From positions 1 through 35,294 of the IMG/VR virus record IMGVR_UViG_3300043394_000364: a stretch of DNA of 35,294 nucleotides. One strand, 5' to 3'. This stretch comes from a virus. Its lineage: Duplodnaviria; Caudoviricetes. Every line of letters starts with the position of its first letter. The first letter of the stretch is position 1. A model generated the notes under the pieces. It was not told the DNA's origin and ran no database searches. It was given only the letters and a program-made list of their open reading frames with translations. Below are positions 15,425 through 25,427 of this stretch, in pieces. Both the position numbers and the translations under genes were made by a program.

Positions 15425-15895
15425 GTGGCCGGCTGGACAAAGCTCCAAATCATCGAACAGGCGTTCGAGGAAATCGGCTTGGCCGGTTACACATACGACT
15501 TGCAACCCGAGCTTGTTGTCTCGGCCGGGCGCAGGTTGGACGCAATGATTTTGGAGTGGGACAGCGCCGGCATCCGCACGGGCTACCAACTGGGTGGCGA
15601 CCTGAGCGAGCAAAGTGGCATCGAGCTGCGCGACATCTCGGCTGTGTACCTGGAGCTGGCGATCCGGCTGTCCCCATCGCTTGGCAAGAGCGTGGACACG
15701 CTACTCGCGGGACGGGCTCAGTCGGCATACACCACGGCGCTGATTCGGCGCGTGCAGCCAGGCCCAGCGCTGATTCGCGATGGGATGCCATTGGGCGCAG
15801 GAAATGGCACGGGCGACCAGTTCCACAACAACACCCCGCAAGAGCCGCTGACGGTGGCCGGCGACAATGACAAACTCGAATTCTTGAGGTTCTGA
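15425..15895 (+). CDS. Head-tail adaptor, P22 gp4-like
   Basis: WTKLQIIEQAFEEIGLA...RRLDAMILEW...LAIRLSPSLGK...MPLGAGN. Confidence 0.85.
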   Translation: MAGWTKLQIIEQAFEEIGLAGYTYDLQPELVVSAGRRLDAMILEWDSAGIRTGYQLGGDLSEQSGIELRDISAVYLELAIRLSPSLGKSVDTLLAGRAQSAYTTALIRRVQPGPALIRDGMPLGAGNGTGDQFHNNTPQEPLTVAGDNDKLEFLRF

Positions 15896-15898
15896 ACC

Positions 15899-16786
15899 AT
15901 GGCCATCAGTCAGCTTGTTCGCGGGTCGCCATCGGCTGGGGTGCAGATCCCGGTTCACGACCCGATCATCGGCGGCGACGCCCGCCTGACACTGGAGGAC
16001 ATGGCCACGGCCTTGGCCACCACCACGGCGCTTTCTGGGGCCAGTGGCGGCCTTCCGGATGGCGACTTGGGCGATGTGACCAAGAGCGGCGAAACGCTGA
16101 CGGTGCCAGGCCTGTCGTCCAAGGCTGAGCTGACAGCGCTGGACGCAAAGGCCGATCTTGATGACCTCCAGCTGGAGGCCCAAGTGGCCATTGCAGGCTC
16201 TGTGTCTGGCGCCATTGACACAAGCAAGCAATTCAACCCGCGACAGGTTGCAGTCAACACGGCCTTGGCGTTTTCTGGCGTCCCGGCTGTCAACAACACC
16301 TATTTCGGGTGCTCGCTGCAAAACACTGGCGGCGCGGATGTGACCATCACCATACCGGCCAGCTTTTCGATGGCGCGGCAGACGGTCATCAGCACCTTCA
16401 CACTGCGCGCAGGTGGCCGGGCGGACCTCTTGTGGTGCTGGGATGGAGCTACCTATCGGCTGTGGGGCGAGCCTGGTTTTGAGGCCTTCCAAGCGCCATT
16501 TGCGATGGTCGGCACGGTCAACGCTGGCACTTACCCGCTCATCATCGCAAACACCCGCCCGCTGGTGATTACAGGCGTGTCCACCAGGTGCGCATCGGGC
16601 ACGGCCGCGCTCACCGCCTTGATCGACGCGGTGCCACTTGGCGGCGCTGCAAACGCGGTGTCTTCCACTCTCAACACGCAGGGCCACGGAAGCGCGAACC
16701 AGTTTTTGGCCGGCGATGACCTGTCAATTTCCCTGTCGGCGCAGGTCACGAACCTGAACGGCATCCTGTCTGGGTACTACCTGTGA
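15899..16786 (+). CDS. Putative tail/structural protein
   Basis: 295 aa, Ala/Thr/Gly rich; DGDLGDVTKSG motif; position in tail block. Confidence 0.65.
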   Translation: MAISQLVRGSPSAGVQIPVHDPIIGGDARLTLEDMATALATTTALSGASGGLPDGDLGDVTKSGETLTVPGLSSKAELTALDAKADLDDLQLEAQVAIAGSVSGAIDTSKQFNPRQVAVNTALAFSGVPAVNNTYFGCSLQNTGGADVTITIPASFSMARQTVISTFTLRAGGRADLLWCWDGATYRLWGEPGFEAFQAPFAMVGTVNAGTYPLIIANTRPLVITGVSTRCASGTAALTALIDAVPLGGAANAVSSTLNTQGHGSANQFLAGDDLSISLSAQVTNLNGILSGYYL

Positions 16787-19700
16787 GCCGCCTTCTGCAC
16801 TACCTCACGGGCGCGCTGGCTTTGGGCCGGCGCAAGGGTGACACGGCCGCGCCGCCGCCTTCTGGAGGCGGTGGGACGCCGCCTCCGCCGCCTCCGGCAA
16901 TGAGTGCGCCCATCGCGCTGTCATTACTGGCCCCGATGCCGTACATGATCGCAGTCAAGGCCACGCCCACGCGCGCCCTGAACGTGGGAACGTCGATGGT
17001 GCTCACGGCGCGGCCTGTGGGCGGCACAACATGGCAGGCCTGGGGCGAGATGCACCGCGTCAATCCGAGCCTTACCAGCGGGCTTGTGGCCGCTGAGTAC
17101 TGGGCCGACGTGGTGCCACGCCGCTCGCCTGGCGTGGCCTATGAGGTGCGCGTAACGGTGCTTGAACCTGGGCAATCTGCGGTTGATGCGACCCTGACGC
17201 ACACCACGCGGGCACTGCCTGGTGCGGCCCCGGCGCCAACCGTCACTATAACGAGCGCGGCGCAGGCCATTTCTGTTTTTTCTAGCCCGCTGGCGGCTGG
17301 AACTCATGTGCGCTTTGCTGATGCTGAGGCGCCTTACGATTTCCCCAACGGCCTGAATGTCAACAGTCAGGGCACGGCGGGCAATCCGGTCTGGATCACG
17401 GCGCAGACGCGGCGCGGCGTGACATTGCGCTTGACTGGCACGCCCACAACATTCCGGGGCCTGTTCGGGTTCACGGCCACGTCTGGCGGCGATGTTGTGA
17501 TAGACGGATTCAACACCGAAGGCTATGGCGTAGACACCGGCACGGCTGCGGGCATCTCAAACGGGACGGCGGGGGTGCTGGGCTACTTCCTGCACTTCGC
17601 GGGCACGAGTGTGCCTGAGCGCGTGACCGTGCGCTATTGCAGCGGGGTCGGATTCGACAAGTTCATTGGGCTACACGCGCCCATGAATCAGTTGCTTGTC
17701 TACGAAAACAGGATAGACGGCAATTTGACCCATGCCACGCTGGTCAATGGTGACGATTCGGGCTGGGGCTGGAATCACACGGGGCTTGTCCTTGCTGGCG
17801 AGAGCAACAGCGGCTGGAGCAACACCATCAGTGGCCACGGCGACAGCATGAAGGCCACCATCAGCAGCATCCCAGGCGTTACCAAGGGCTTGCACTGGTT
17901 TGGCAATGAGGTTCTGCATGGCGCAGATGATGCATTTGAGCTGGACGACGCCCTAGGCTGGGTTGTGGCCGAGCGCAACACCTCGCGCAACACCACAACG
18001 GCCGGCAGTGCAGACCGAATCTTTGCTGGCCCTGTCTACATCGTCGAAAACGTGGCGATCAACTGCGCCCGCCATCCGTGGAAGTTCACAGACACGAGCC
18101 AGGGAATCCGGCGCCATAACAACACTGTTATGCAGACGGAGAAGAAGACCGGCCACTTGTCCGGTATGACGATCAGCAGCAGCGGGACGCTGCACGCTTA
18201 CCGCGACAAGAACAACGTCACGCTGTACGGCGGCGCTGGCACGCAGATGATCGCGGTCAATGCCACGCTTGTAGACGGCTTCAGCATCTCTCACAACGCA
18301 TACAGCCACCCATCGAAATCTTTCCAATGGGGTGGAGCGGGGCGCACGCAGTACGCCAGTTTGACGGCCGCGCTTGCTGCTTCTGATGCGCGATACGCGG
18401 GCAGTGTGTCATGTGGTGCGGCGCCGTTTGCAAACCCCATCACATTGGGTGCTACGTTTGCGACCGAGTACACGGGTCACGTTGATGTGACGCTGGCAGG
18501 AGGCAACGCGGCCAAGAACGCCGGCCTTGCAATCGATGGCTGGACAGATGGGTTCTCGGGGTCTATGCCTGACATGGGCGCGCACATCGCTGGCGTGGCC
18601 CGTGGCCAAGTCGGTGCGAGTTGGGCGCTTGGCTCGCCTGCGGTGCCTTGGCAGCCAAGCCTTGGCGGCGCTGCTCAGATCGGATATGCCAGCGGCGCGC
18701 ATCCGCAAGGCGCCCCCGCGACGATGCACGATATCCGGCCGGCTGTGCAGACGTGGAACCCGGAAGCACCAGGCGAGGGGCCGTGGTCACGCAACGGCAG
18801 CGGTGCCACAACGTGGCCCAGCATCACCGACTATTGCGCACCAGTGTTCGTGCCGAGCGTGCGTGCGTACTTGCAAGTTTTCCAAGCGGGTCACGCGGCG
18901 ATCAACGTCCCAAGCCCGCACGGTTTCCGGCTTCCAACGCTCGATTGGGCGTGGCTGGACTACCCGCCGCCGACAGATGGATTCGACGCAGCGAAAGACT
19001 TGAATCCGCCGTCAGGCTTGGTCACGGCGCTTGCCCTTTCTAACGCCTACGCGCCCGCGCTGGTCGATTCGGCGTGGGGCGAGTGGCAGGGCGGCCACGC
19101 GAGTTTTGGCGCATTTGCAAGGGCCGGGCGCATTTACACCGAAGGAACCCACACCTACGGTTTCACCACGTGGGTGCCTGGGGCTGCGGCTGGCAACACC
19201 AACGGCATCTTGGTGTGCCCCACGTCCGGCGGCGGTGCGCTCAACGGCAGCACCCTGCCAGGCGGCGGCCACCACTTTGACCTCGACACCATGCGCTTTG
19301 TGCGCAACGCCGGGCGCAGGTTGGACAACACCGGAACCGCTGGGGGTGCCTGTTGGGCGGCCGGCATCAATCGCGTGGTCGTGATTGCACGCGATGCGGG
19401 TTCGGATGGCCACAACCTGGTGGACCTTTTTGACCCGGCGCCAGGCGCCAGGACTTGGGTGCGGCGCACATTGCCCAGCGGCACGCGGGTGACCAGCGAA
19501 TCACCGGCCCCTCGGTATCACCCGCCATCTGGCCTGGTCTTGGTCTTCGTCCCTGTCCTGTCCAGTGGCGCGATCTCTGGCGGCGACGTGGCCAACTCTG
19601 TGCGGCATGACATTTGGGCTGCACCCGAGGCCGGGCTGCTGGCTGGCACTGCGTCATTCACCAACCTAACTGTCTCGGCAACGAGCTGGCCGCTGGGGCG

Positions 19701-20046
19701 CTTTGCTGGTCTCACGGCGACGTGCAGCGGCAAAGGGTGGTCGGATTTTGTGACTGCTGGCGGTCGCAATGCCTTCTACTCGGTCAATGGCGTGAACGGG
19801 TCAACCACGTTGTGGCGGCTCAAGCCACCGGCCGGGGCTGTGACACAGGCGGACCACCTGACAGGCACTTGGACGGTGACGACTGAAACCGTGTCCGCGC
19901 CCATCGTGATGCACGACAAAACAGGCGCAGCGGATCAGCAATATCTCTATCAAGGCCCTGGCTGGGATTCGGTCAGTGACTGCCTGATTGTGATGAGCAG
20001 CTACCCACAAGACCGGCCCACCGCAGTGCGGCCGGCTGCCCCATAA
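16783..20046 (+). CDS. Large tailspike/depolymerase-like protein (beta-helix plus putative beta-propeller)
   Basis: GTAGNPVWITA, repeated N-x-I/V strands, DDAFELD, PDMGA end of the helix region, Trp/Gly-rich C-terminal half. Confidence 0.7.
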   Translation: MSRLLHYLTGALALGRRKGDTAAPPPSGGGGTPPPPPPAMSAPIALSLLAPMPYMIAVKATPTRALNVGTSMVLTARPVGGTTWQAWGEMHRVNPSLTSGLVAAEYWADVVPRRSPGVAYEVRVTVLEPGQSAVDATLTHTTRALPGAAPAPTVTITSAAQAISVFSSPLAAGTHVRFADAEAPYDFPNGLNVNSQGTAGNPVWITAQTRRGVTLRLTGTPTTFRGLFGFTATSGGDVVIDGFNTEGYGVDTGTAAGISNGTAGVLGYFLHFAGTSVPERVTVRYCSGVGFDKFIGLHAPMNQLLVYENRIDGNLTHATLVNGDDSGWGWNHTGLVLAGESNSGWSNTISGHGDSMKATISSIPGVTKGLHWFGNEVLHGADDAFELDDALGWVVAERNTSRNTTTAGSADRIFAGPVYIVENVAINCARHPWKFTDTSQGIRRHNNTVMQTEKKTGHLSGMTISSSGTLHAYRDKNNVTLYGGAGTQMIAVNATLVDGFSISHNAYSHPSKSFQWGGAGRTQYASLTAALAASDARYAGSVSCGAAPFANPITLGATFATEYTGHVDVTLAGGNAAKNAGLAIDGWTDGFSGSMPDMGAHIAGVARGQVGASWALGSPAVPWQPSLGGAAQIGYASGAHPQGAPATMHDIRPAVQTWNPEAPGEGPWSRNGSGATTWPSITDYCAPVFVPSVRAYLQVFQAGHAAINVPSPHGFRLPTLDWAWLDYPPPTDGFDAAKDLNPPSGLVTALALSNAYAPALVDSAWGEWQGGHASFGAFARAGRIYTEGTHTYGFTTWVPGAAAGNTNGILVCPTSGGGALNGSTLPGGGHHFDLDTMRFVRNAGRRLDNTGTAGGACWAAGINRVVVIARDAGSDGHNLVDLFDPAPGARTWVRRTLPSGTRVTSESPAPRYHPPSGLVLVFVPVLSSGAISGGDVANSVRHDIWAAPEAGLLAGTASFTNLTVSATSWPLGRFAGLTATCSGKGWSDFVTAGGRNAFYSVNGVNGSTTLWRLKPPAGAVTQADHLTGTWTVTTETVSAPIVMHDKTGAADQQYLYQGPGWDSVSDCLIVMSSYPQDRPTAVRPAAP

Positions 20047-20060
20047 GTTGAAAGAACAAA

Positions 20061-21506
20061 ATGCCAGATACCACCCTAGGCACGCTGACCTTTGACGGCG
20101 CGGCGGACACTGATCTAGCCGTTTACGGCGCCGGCACGCTCACCCTGATTCAGGGTGATCCAGGGGCCATCGTTTTGGACGGTGCGGGCCAGGTCAAGGG
20201 CTTCACGGCGCCTCCAGCGTATTACCGATACACCGGGGCTTCTGGCTGGACTGATGACCAGTTTGCGGAAATCACGGTCGGCAGCGCTCCAGACGGCAAT
20301 GACAGGCAATACGCGGTGCATGTGCGAATGTCTGCTGATCTTGCCGCGGCAGCCGATTACTACATGCTGCGCTGGTGGCTGGACCCGAACATTGGTTCAT
20401 CTTTCACCCAGTTGTCCAAGGTTGTGAACGGAACGCTCACACAACTGCACATCAACAGTTCGACGCCATGGGCAACTGGCGACACTATGCGTTTGCGCGT
20501 CATCGGAACGTCGCTTGAGTGCTTGCGCAATGGCAACGTCTTCCACACATCGACCGATTCCAGCCTGACGACTGGACGCACAGGGTTTGGCGGGCGACTT
20601 GGCAACGCCATGCGCCTGGACACCTTCGCGGCTGGCAACAGCACATCGGGTGGGGTGACGATTGGCGGCAACGATGCGCCTTCAGTCGCTGAAAACACCA
20701 CCAGCATCGGCACCTACACGTGCAGTGTGGCCGGCACTTGGTCCATCACTGGTGTGGATGCTGCGGCATTTTCTTTCACGCCGGCAGGAGACAACCTGTC
20801 CGGGACGCTGGCGTTCACATCCGGGCGCAACTTCGAATCCCCCACCGACGTGGGCGGAAATAACGTCTACAACGTGACGTTGAACTGTGGCGCGGCCACC
20901 CCGCTTAATGTGGCGGTGACTGTCACAAACGTGAATGAGCCACCTGGGGCGCCAACTGGCCCAGCGGCATCGGCTGGCAATGCAAGCGCCACGGTATCGT
21001 TTACACCGCCAGCGGCCAACGGCGGCCCTACGCCAACCTCCTACACGGCCACATCATCGCCTGGAGGCATTCAGGCCAGCAACAGCACGAGCCCAATTTC
21101 TGTCACGGGGCTGACCAACGGCCAGGCCTACACCTTCACCGTGACGGCCACCAACAGCGAGGGCACAGGCCCCGCGTCGGCGGCGTCCAACTCCGTGACG
21201 CCAAGCGCTGGCGGGTCGCCCCCGGTGATGTCTGGATCGCTCACGGTGCCGACTGGCGGTTTCCGCGTGCAGGTTCCGGTGCAGGCCGGGGCCACGGGCT
21301 ACGAATTCAGCCTGGACGGCGGGGCCTGGGTGGATGTGGGCACAACCCTCTTCCGCGATTACAGCAACCTCGCATTGGGCCAGACCTATCAGGTGCGTGT
21401 GCGGGCATACAACGGGGCGGGCACGGCTGCTGACCCGCTTGTCATCAATGTGCAACTGAGCAGCGCGGCGGGCAACCCCTTCCAAGTCATCATCCTGGTG
21501 ATGTAA
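20061..21506 (+). CDS. Lectin-like + cadherin-like + fibronectin type III domain protein
   Basis: NFESPTDVGGNNVYNVT...VTVTNVNE (cadherin-like); PPGAPT...GLTNGQAYTFTVTATNSEGTGPAS (Fn3); second Fn3-like at the C-terminus. Confidence 0.8.
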   Translation: MPDTTLGTLTFDGAADTDLAVYGAGTLTLIQGDPGAIVLDGAGQVKGFTAPPAYYRYTGASGWTDDQFAEITVGSAPDGNDRQYAVHVRMSADLAAAADYYMLRWWLDPNIGSSFTQLSKVVNGTLTQLHINSSTPWATGDTMRLRVIGTSLECLRNGNVFHTSTDSSLTTGRTGFGGRLGNAMRLDTFAAGNSTSGGVTIGGNDAPSVAENTTSIGTYTCSVAGTWSITGVDAAAFSFTPAGDNLSGTLAFTSGRNFESPTDVGGNNVYNVTLNCGAATPLNVAVTVTNVNEPPGAPTGPAASAGNASATVSFTPPAANGGPTPTSYTATSSPGGIQASNSTSPISVTGLTNGQAYTFTVTATNSEGTGPASAASNSVTPSAGGSPPVMSGSLTVPTGGFRVQVPVQAGATGYEFSLDGGAWVDVGTTLFRDYSNLALGQTYQVRVRAYNGAGTAADPLVINVQLSSAAGNPFQVIILVM

Positions 21507-22940
21507 GTGCAGATTCCCCTGTTTGGTGGCGCCAAGGCGGAAGCGGACGCGCCAGAGCTGCGCGGGCGCTATCCGCGCAACCTCGTTCCCGTGCCAAGCG
21601 ACAGCGGGGTGTCTGCGGGCTACCTGCGGCCGGCTGAAGGCGTGCGCCTGCTGGCCCAGCACGCCCATGGCAACGACAGGGGCGGCATCAACTGGCGCGG
21701 GCGCTGCTACCGCGTGCTGGGCTCCAAGCTGTGCACGGTGGCTGCTGACGGCGCGGTGGCGGTGGTGGGCGATGTCGGCAACGATGGCCAGTCCTCGCCT
21801 GTGGCCATCGATTATTCATTTGACACGCTCGGCATCGTGTCCAACGGCCGGCTTTTCTATGCCACCGATTCGAGCGTGCAGGAAGTGACGGCAGCCGGCA
21901 CCAACGTGATAGATGCCACCTTCACTGGCGGTTACTGGATGTTCGCGGACGGCGAATTCATCGTGGTGACCGACCTGGACAACCCGGCCAACGTCAACCC
22001 GCTGAAGTACGGCAGCAGCGAGATCGACCCAGACCGCGTGGTGGCGCTGCGCCGGCAGGGCGATGAGGTGCACGTGTTGAACCGCCACACGGTGGAGACG
22101 TTCCGCAACGTGGGCGGCACGAATTTCCCGTTTCAGGTGGTGCCAGGAACGCAAGTCATGAAGGGGTGCATCGGCACCCGCGCGGCCTGTGTGTACCGTG
22201 ACGCGCTGGCCTTTGTCGGCGGTGGGCGCAATGAGGCACCGAGCATTTGGGCCACGCAGGGTGGCCAGGTGGTGCGCCTCGCCACGCGCGAGGTGGAGCA
22301 GATGCTGGAGGGCTACACAGAGGCCCAGCTACAAGGTGCGTGGATGGAGTCTCGTGCCTACCGTGCACATGAGTGGCTTTACCTGCACCTGCCTGACAGA
22401 ACCATCGTCTTTGACGGGTCGGCCAGTGAAGCGCTTGGTGCTGCGGCCTGGCACACGCTCGATTCGGGCCTCAACACACCAACAGCCTACCGTGCGCGTG
22501 GTTTCGTGTGGTGCTATGAGCAATGGATTGTGGGCGACCCAGTGGCCAGCCGCTTGGGCGTGATGGTGGACGACATCGCCAGTCACTACGGCGATGAAAT
22601 CGGTTGGGAATTCGGCACAAACATCATTTACAACGCGGGCGACAGCGCCATCCTGCATGAGCTTGAGCTTGTTGCACTGCCTGGCCGCGTGGCTGAGGCA
22701 GACAACCCGGTTGTGTTCACCTCCTACAGCGTTGACGGCGTGCTTTGGTCCGACGAGCGCGCCACGCGCATGGGCAGGCGCGGCGACCGGACAAAGCGCA
22801 TCGTGTGGCTTCAGCAAGGGCCGCTGAATCACTGGCGATTGCAGCGCTTCCGTGGCACCAGTCGCGGCAATGTGAGCTTTGCGAGGCTTGAAGCCCGCAT
22901 CGAGGCACTGAACAGCAAGCGCAGGATGCCCTATGGCTGA
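21507..22940 (+). CDS. Tail hub / packaged DNA stabilization protein, P22 gp10-like
   Basis: About 477 aa; YPRNLVPVP, GYLRPAEG, KYGSSEIDPD, YSVDGVLWS. Confidence 0.88.
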   Translation: MQIPLFGGAKAEADAPELRGRYPRNLVPVPSDSGVSAGYLRPAEGVRLLAQHAHGNDRGGINWRGRCYRVLGSKLCTVAADGAVAVVGDVGNDGQSSPVAIDYSFDTLGIVSNGRLFYATDSSVQEVTAAGTNVIDATFTGGYWMFADGEFIVVTDLDNPANVNPLKYGSSEIDPDRVVALRRQGDEVHVLNRHTVETFRNVGGTNFPFQVVPGTQVMKGCIGTRAACVYRDALAFVGGGRNEAPSIWATQGGQVVRLATREVEQMLEGYTEAQLQGAWMESRAYRAHEWLYLHLPDRTIVFDGSASEALGAAAWHTLDSGLNTPTAYRARGFVWCYEQWIVGDPVASRLGVMVDDIASHYGDEIGWEFGTNIIYNAGDSAILHELELVALPGRVAEADNPVVFTSYSVDGVLWSDERATRMGRRGDRTKRIVWLQQGPLNHWRLQRFRGTSRGNVSFARLEARIEALNSKRRMPYG

Positions 22941-23151
22941 AACGCGGCGCCCATATGGCCAGCACGTCGGACGGCACGCCCTTTCAGGGCTGAATGTGTC
23001 GCCTGAGATGGTGCGCTTTTGGGAGCAAATGGCGGCCGATGTTGAGGCCATGAAGGCCGCAGGAGGGCTCGAAGCTGGCGGCCTGGTCTTTGATGACGAA
23101 GCGGGCGATGAAGATGAAACGAGCCTTGTGATTGACGAAGAGCAACCATGA
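22933..23151 (+). CDS. Small acidic hypothetical tail protein
   Basis: 72 aa, overlaps both neighbours. Confidence 0.6.
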   Translation: MAETRRPYGQHVGRHALSGLNVSPEMVRFWEQMAADVEAMKAAGGLEAGGLVFDDEAGDEDETSLVIDEEQP

Positions 23152-25427
23152 CAGTCACCATCCAACATCGACGCAAGACGGCGGCCGAGTGGGTCGCCCA
23201 GAACCCGATCCTGAAGGCCGGGCAGTTTGGTCTTGAAACGGACACGCGCCGGGTGAAGTTTGGCGACGGTGTGACGCCTTGGGCCGGCTTGGGGTATGCA
23301 GTGGGCGACGGAGATTCCACAACGACCCCGGGTGACTACGCCAGCGCGGTGCATGGGCATGGCGTGGCCGACATCAGCGGGTTGCAGGGCCAGCTTGACG
23401 GCAAGGCGCCCGCATCGCACACGCACCCGGCTGCCCAGGTCACGGGGCTGGATGCTGCCATCGACGCGCGCATTGCTGCGGTTGGCGGTGGCGGTGGTGG
23501 CGCCACAGATCACGGGGCGCTCACAGGGCTCGGGGATGACGACCACCCGCAATACCACACGAATGCACGCGGTGATGCGCGATACGCACCGCTGGCCCAC
23601 ACACATGGCGGATACGAGGCCACGGGCACCGCTGCGGCTGCTGTGGCGGCTCACGTTGCCGCTCCAGACCCGCACCCGCAGTACCTGACCCAAGCCGAAG
23701 GGGATGCGCTGTATTTGGGCGGTGGCCAGGTCAATTCGGACTGGACGGCATCAAGCGGGGTTGCGCAGATCCTGAACAAGCCAACGCTTGGCACGGCCTC
23801 TCCGCTGAACGTGGCGGCGGCCGGGAATGCGGCGGCGGGCGAGGTGGTCAAGGGGGATGATGCCCGCTTGACCGACGCACGCACGCCAACGGCGCACGGT
23901 CACGCAATCGCGGACGTGACAGGGCTGCAAACCGCCTTGGACGGGAAGGCGGCCACATCCCACACGCACACGATTGCCAACGTCACCGGGTTGCAGACGG
24001 CCTTGGATGCCAAGTTGGACGACGGCCAGGCCACCGCGTTTGGACTGTCGTTGCTTGATGATGCAGATGCCACGGCAGCGCGCACCACGCTGGGCCTGGG
24101 CACGGCCGCCACATCGGCCAGCACGGCATTCGCGGCTGCCGCCCACGTCGGGGCGGGCGGGGCGGCTCACGCAGACGCGACAACCAGCGTTTCCGGCTTC
24201 ATGTCCGGGGCGGACAAAACGAAGTTGAACGGCGTGGCCACTGGCGCCACGGCAAACGCCACGGACGCGGCGCTGCGGGATCGCGCCACCCACACCGGCA
24301 CCCAGCTTGCGGCCACGATTTCCGACTTCAGCACAGCGGCAGATGCGCGAATTGGCGAGGCCTCGATCAATGCCCTGTCGGATGTGGTCATCACGGCGGC
24401 CAGCACCGGCCAGGTCATCAAGTTCAACGGTACGAACTGGATCAACGACACAGACGCCACGGGCGGCGGCGGTGGGGCGACCTGGGGCGGCATCACAGGC
24501 ACGCTTTCAGCCCAGACAGACTTGCAGGCGGCGCTTGACGCAAAGGCCGCCACGGGCCACACGCACGCCTTTGCAGACATCACGGCCAAGCCCACCACGC
24601 TGGCCGGGTACGGCATCACCGATGGACAGGGCCTGGATGCCACGCTGACCGCGCTGGCGGGCCTGAATGCCACGGCCGGGCTGGTGGAACAGACCGGGGC
24701 GGATGCGTTCACCAAGCGCGCCATCGGCGCGGCGGCGGCCACAGACATCATCACCCGCGCGGATGGTGATGGCCGCTACTCGCTCACCGGCCACACGCAC
24801 GGGCAACTGCACGACCGCTCGCACGCCTTCACGAGCTCGGCAGACCACACGGCCACGGCGTGGCGGGTGCACTACTCCAATGGGTCGGGTGTCATCACGG
24901 AATTGGCGCTCGGATCTGCTGGCCAGGTGCTCCAAAGCAACGGCGCAACGGCGGCCCCGTCATTTGTCACGCCATCGGGCGGCGGTGGGGACGGCTGGAC
25001 CCGGATTGTCCTGGCGTCAAACAACGTGGTGTCTACCACGGCCCTGGCTGTGGTGACGGGCCTCAGTTTCACGGCCACGGCCAGCACCACCTACTTGGTC
25101 GAGGTGCGCGGGGCCTTCCAATCTGCGGCCACGACCACCGGCATGAACTTGGCGTTGGACATCCCCAGCGGCACGGTCATTGGTCAATCCATCATCCCAT
25201 CGGCAAACACAACGCTGATGACATCTTTCCAGCGCGCGGACAATGCGATTGTTGGAACGACAACTGCGGCGGCGACAGCGGCGGCCGATTTGCCCGTAAC
25301 CGGCTGGTGGCTGGTCGTTGTTGGCGTGACTGGCGGCACGGTGCAACTGATGCAGTCCAGCGAGATTGCGGCGAGCAACACCACGCTCATTGGCGGGCGG
25401 TTTTTGATGCAGTACCGGGCGATTTGA
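23148..25427 (+). CDS. Tail fiber with Mtd/hyaluronidase-type N-terminal anchor and HxH fiber repeats
   Basis: IQHRRKTAAEW...NPILKAGQFGLETDT...KFGDGVTPW; repeats of HxH-IADVTGLQTALDGK. Confidence 0.85.
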   Translation: MTVTIQHRRKTAAEWVAQNPILKAGQFGLETDTRRVKFGDGVTPWAGLGYAVGDGDSTTTPGDYASAVHGHGVADISGLQGQLDGKAPASHTHPAAQVTGLDAAIDARIAAVGGGGGGATDHGALTGLGDDDHPQYHTNARGDARYAPLAHTHGGYEATGTAAAAVAAHVAAPDPHPQYLTQAEGDALYLGGGQVNSDWTASSGVAQILNKPTLGTASPLNVAAAGNAAAGEVVKGDDARLTDARTPTAHGHAIADVTGLQTALDGKAATSHTHTIANVTGLQTALDAKLDDGQATAFGLSLLDDADATAARTTLGLGTAATSASTAFAAAAHVGAGGAAHADATTSVSGFMSGADKTKLNGVATGATANATDAALRDRATHTGTQLAATISDFSTAADARIGEASINALSDVVITAASTGQVIKFNGTNWINDTDATGGGGGATWGGITGTLSAQTDLQAALDAKAATGHTHAFADITAKPTTLAGYGITDGQGLDATLTALAGLNATAGLVEQTGADAFTKRAIGAAAATDIITRADGDGRYSLTGHTHGQLHDRSHAFTSSADHTATAWRVHYSNGSGVITELALGSAGQVLQSNGATAAPSFVTPSGGGGDGWTRIVLASNNVVSTTALAVVTGLSFTATASTTYLVEVRGAFQSAATTTGMNLALDIPSGTVIGQSIIPSANTTLMTSFQRADNAIVGTTTAAATAAADLPVTGWWLVVVGVTGGTVQLMQSSEIAASNTTLIGGRFLMQYRAI

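Noticed and set aside
24860-25426. Long upstream extension of the kinase ORF, or a fiber-kinase frameshift fusion
   Set aside because: It overlaps the fiber gene in another frame, no slippery site was noticed, and TGATG coupling at 25427 explains the start.
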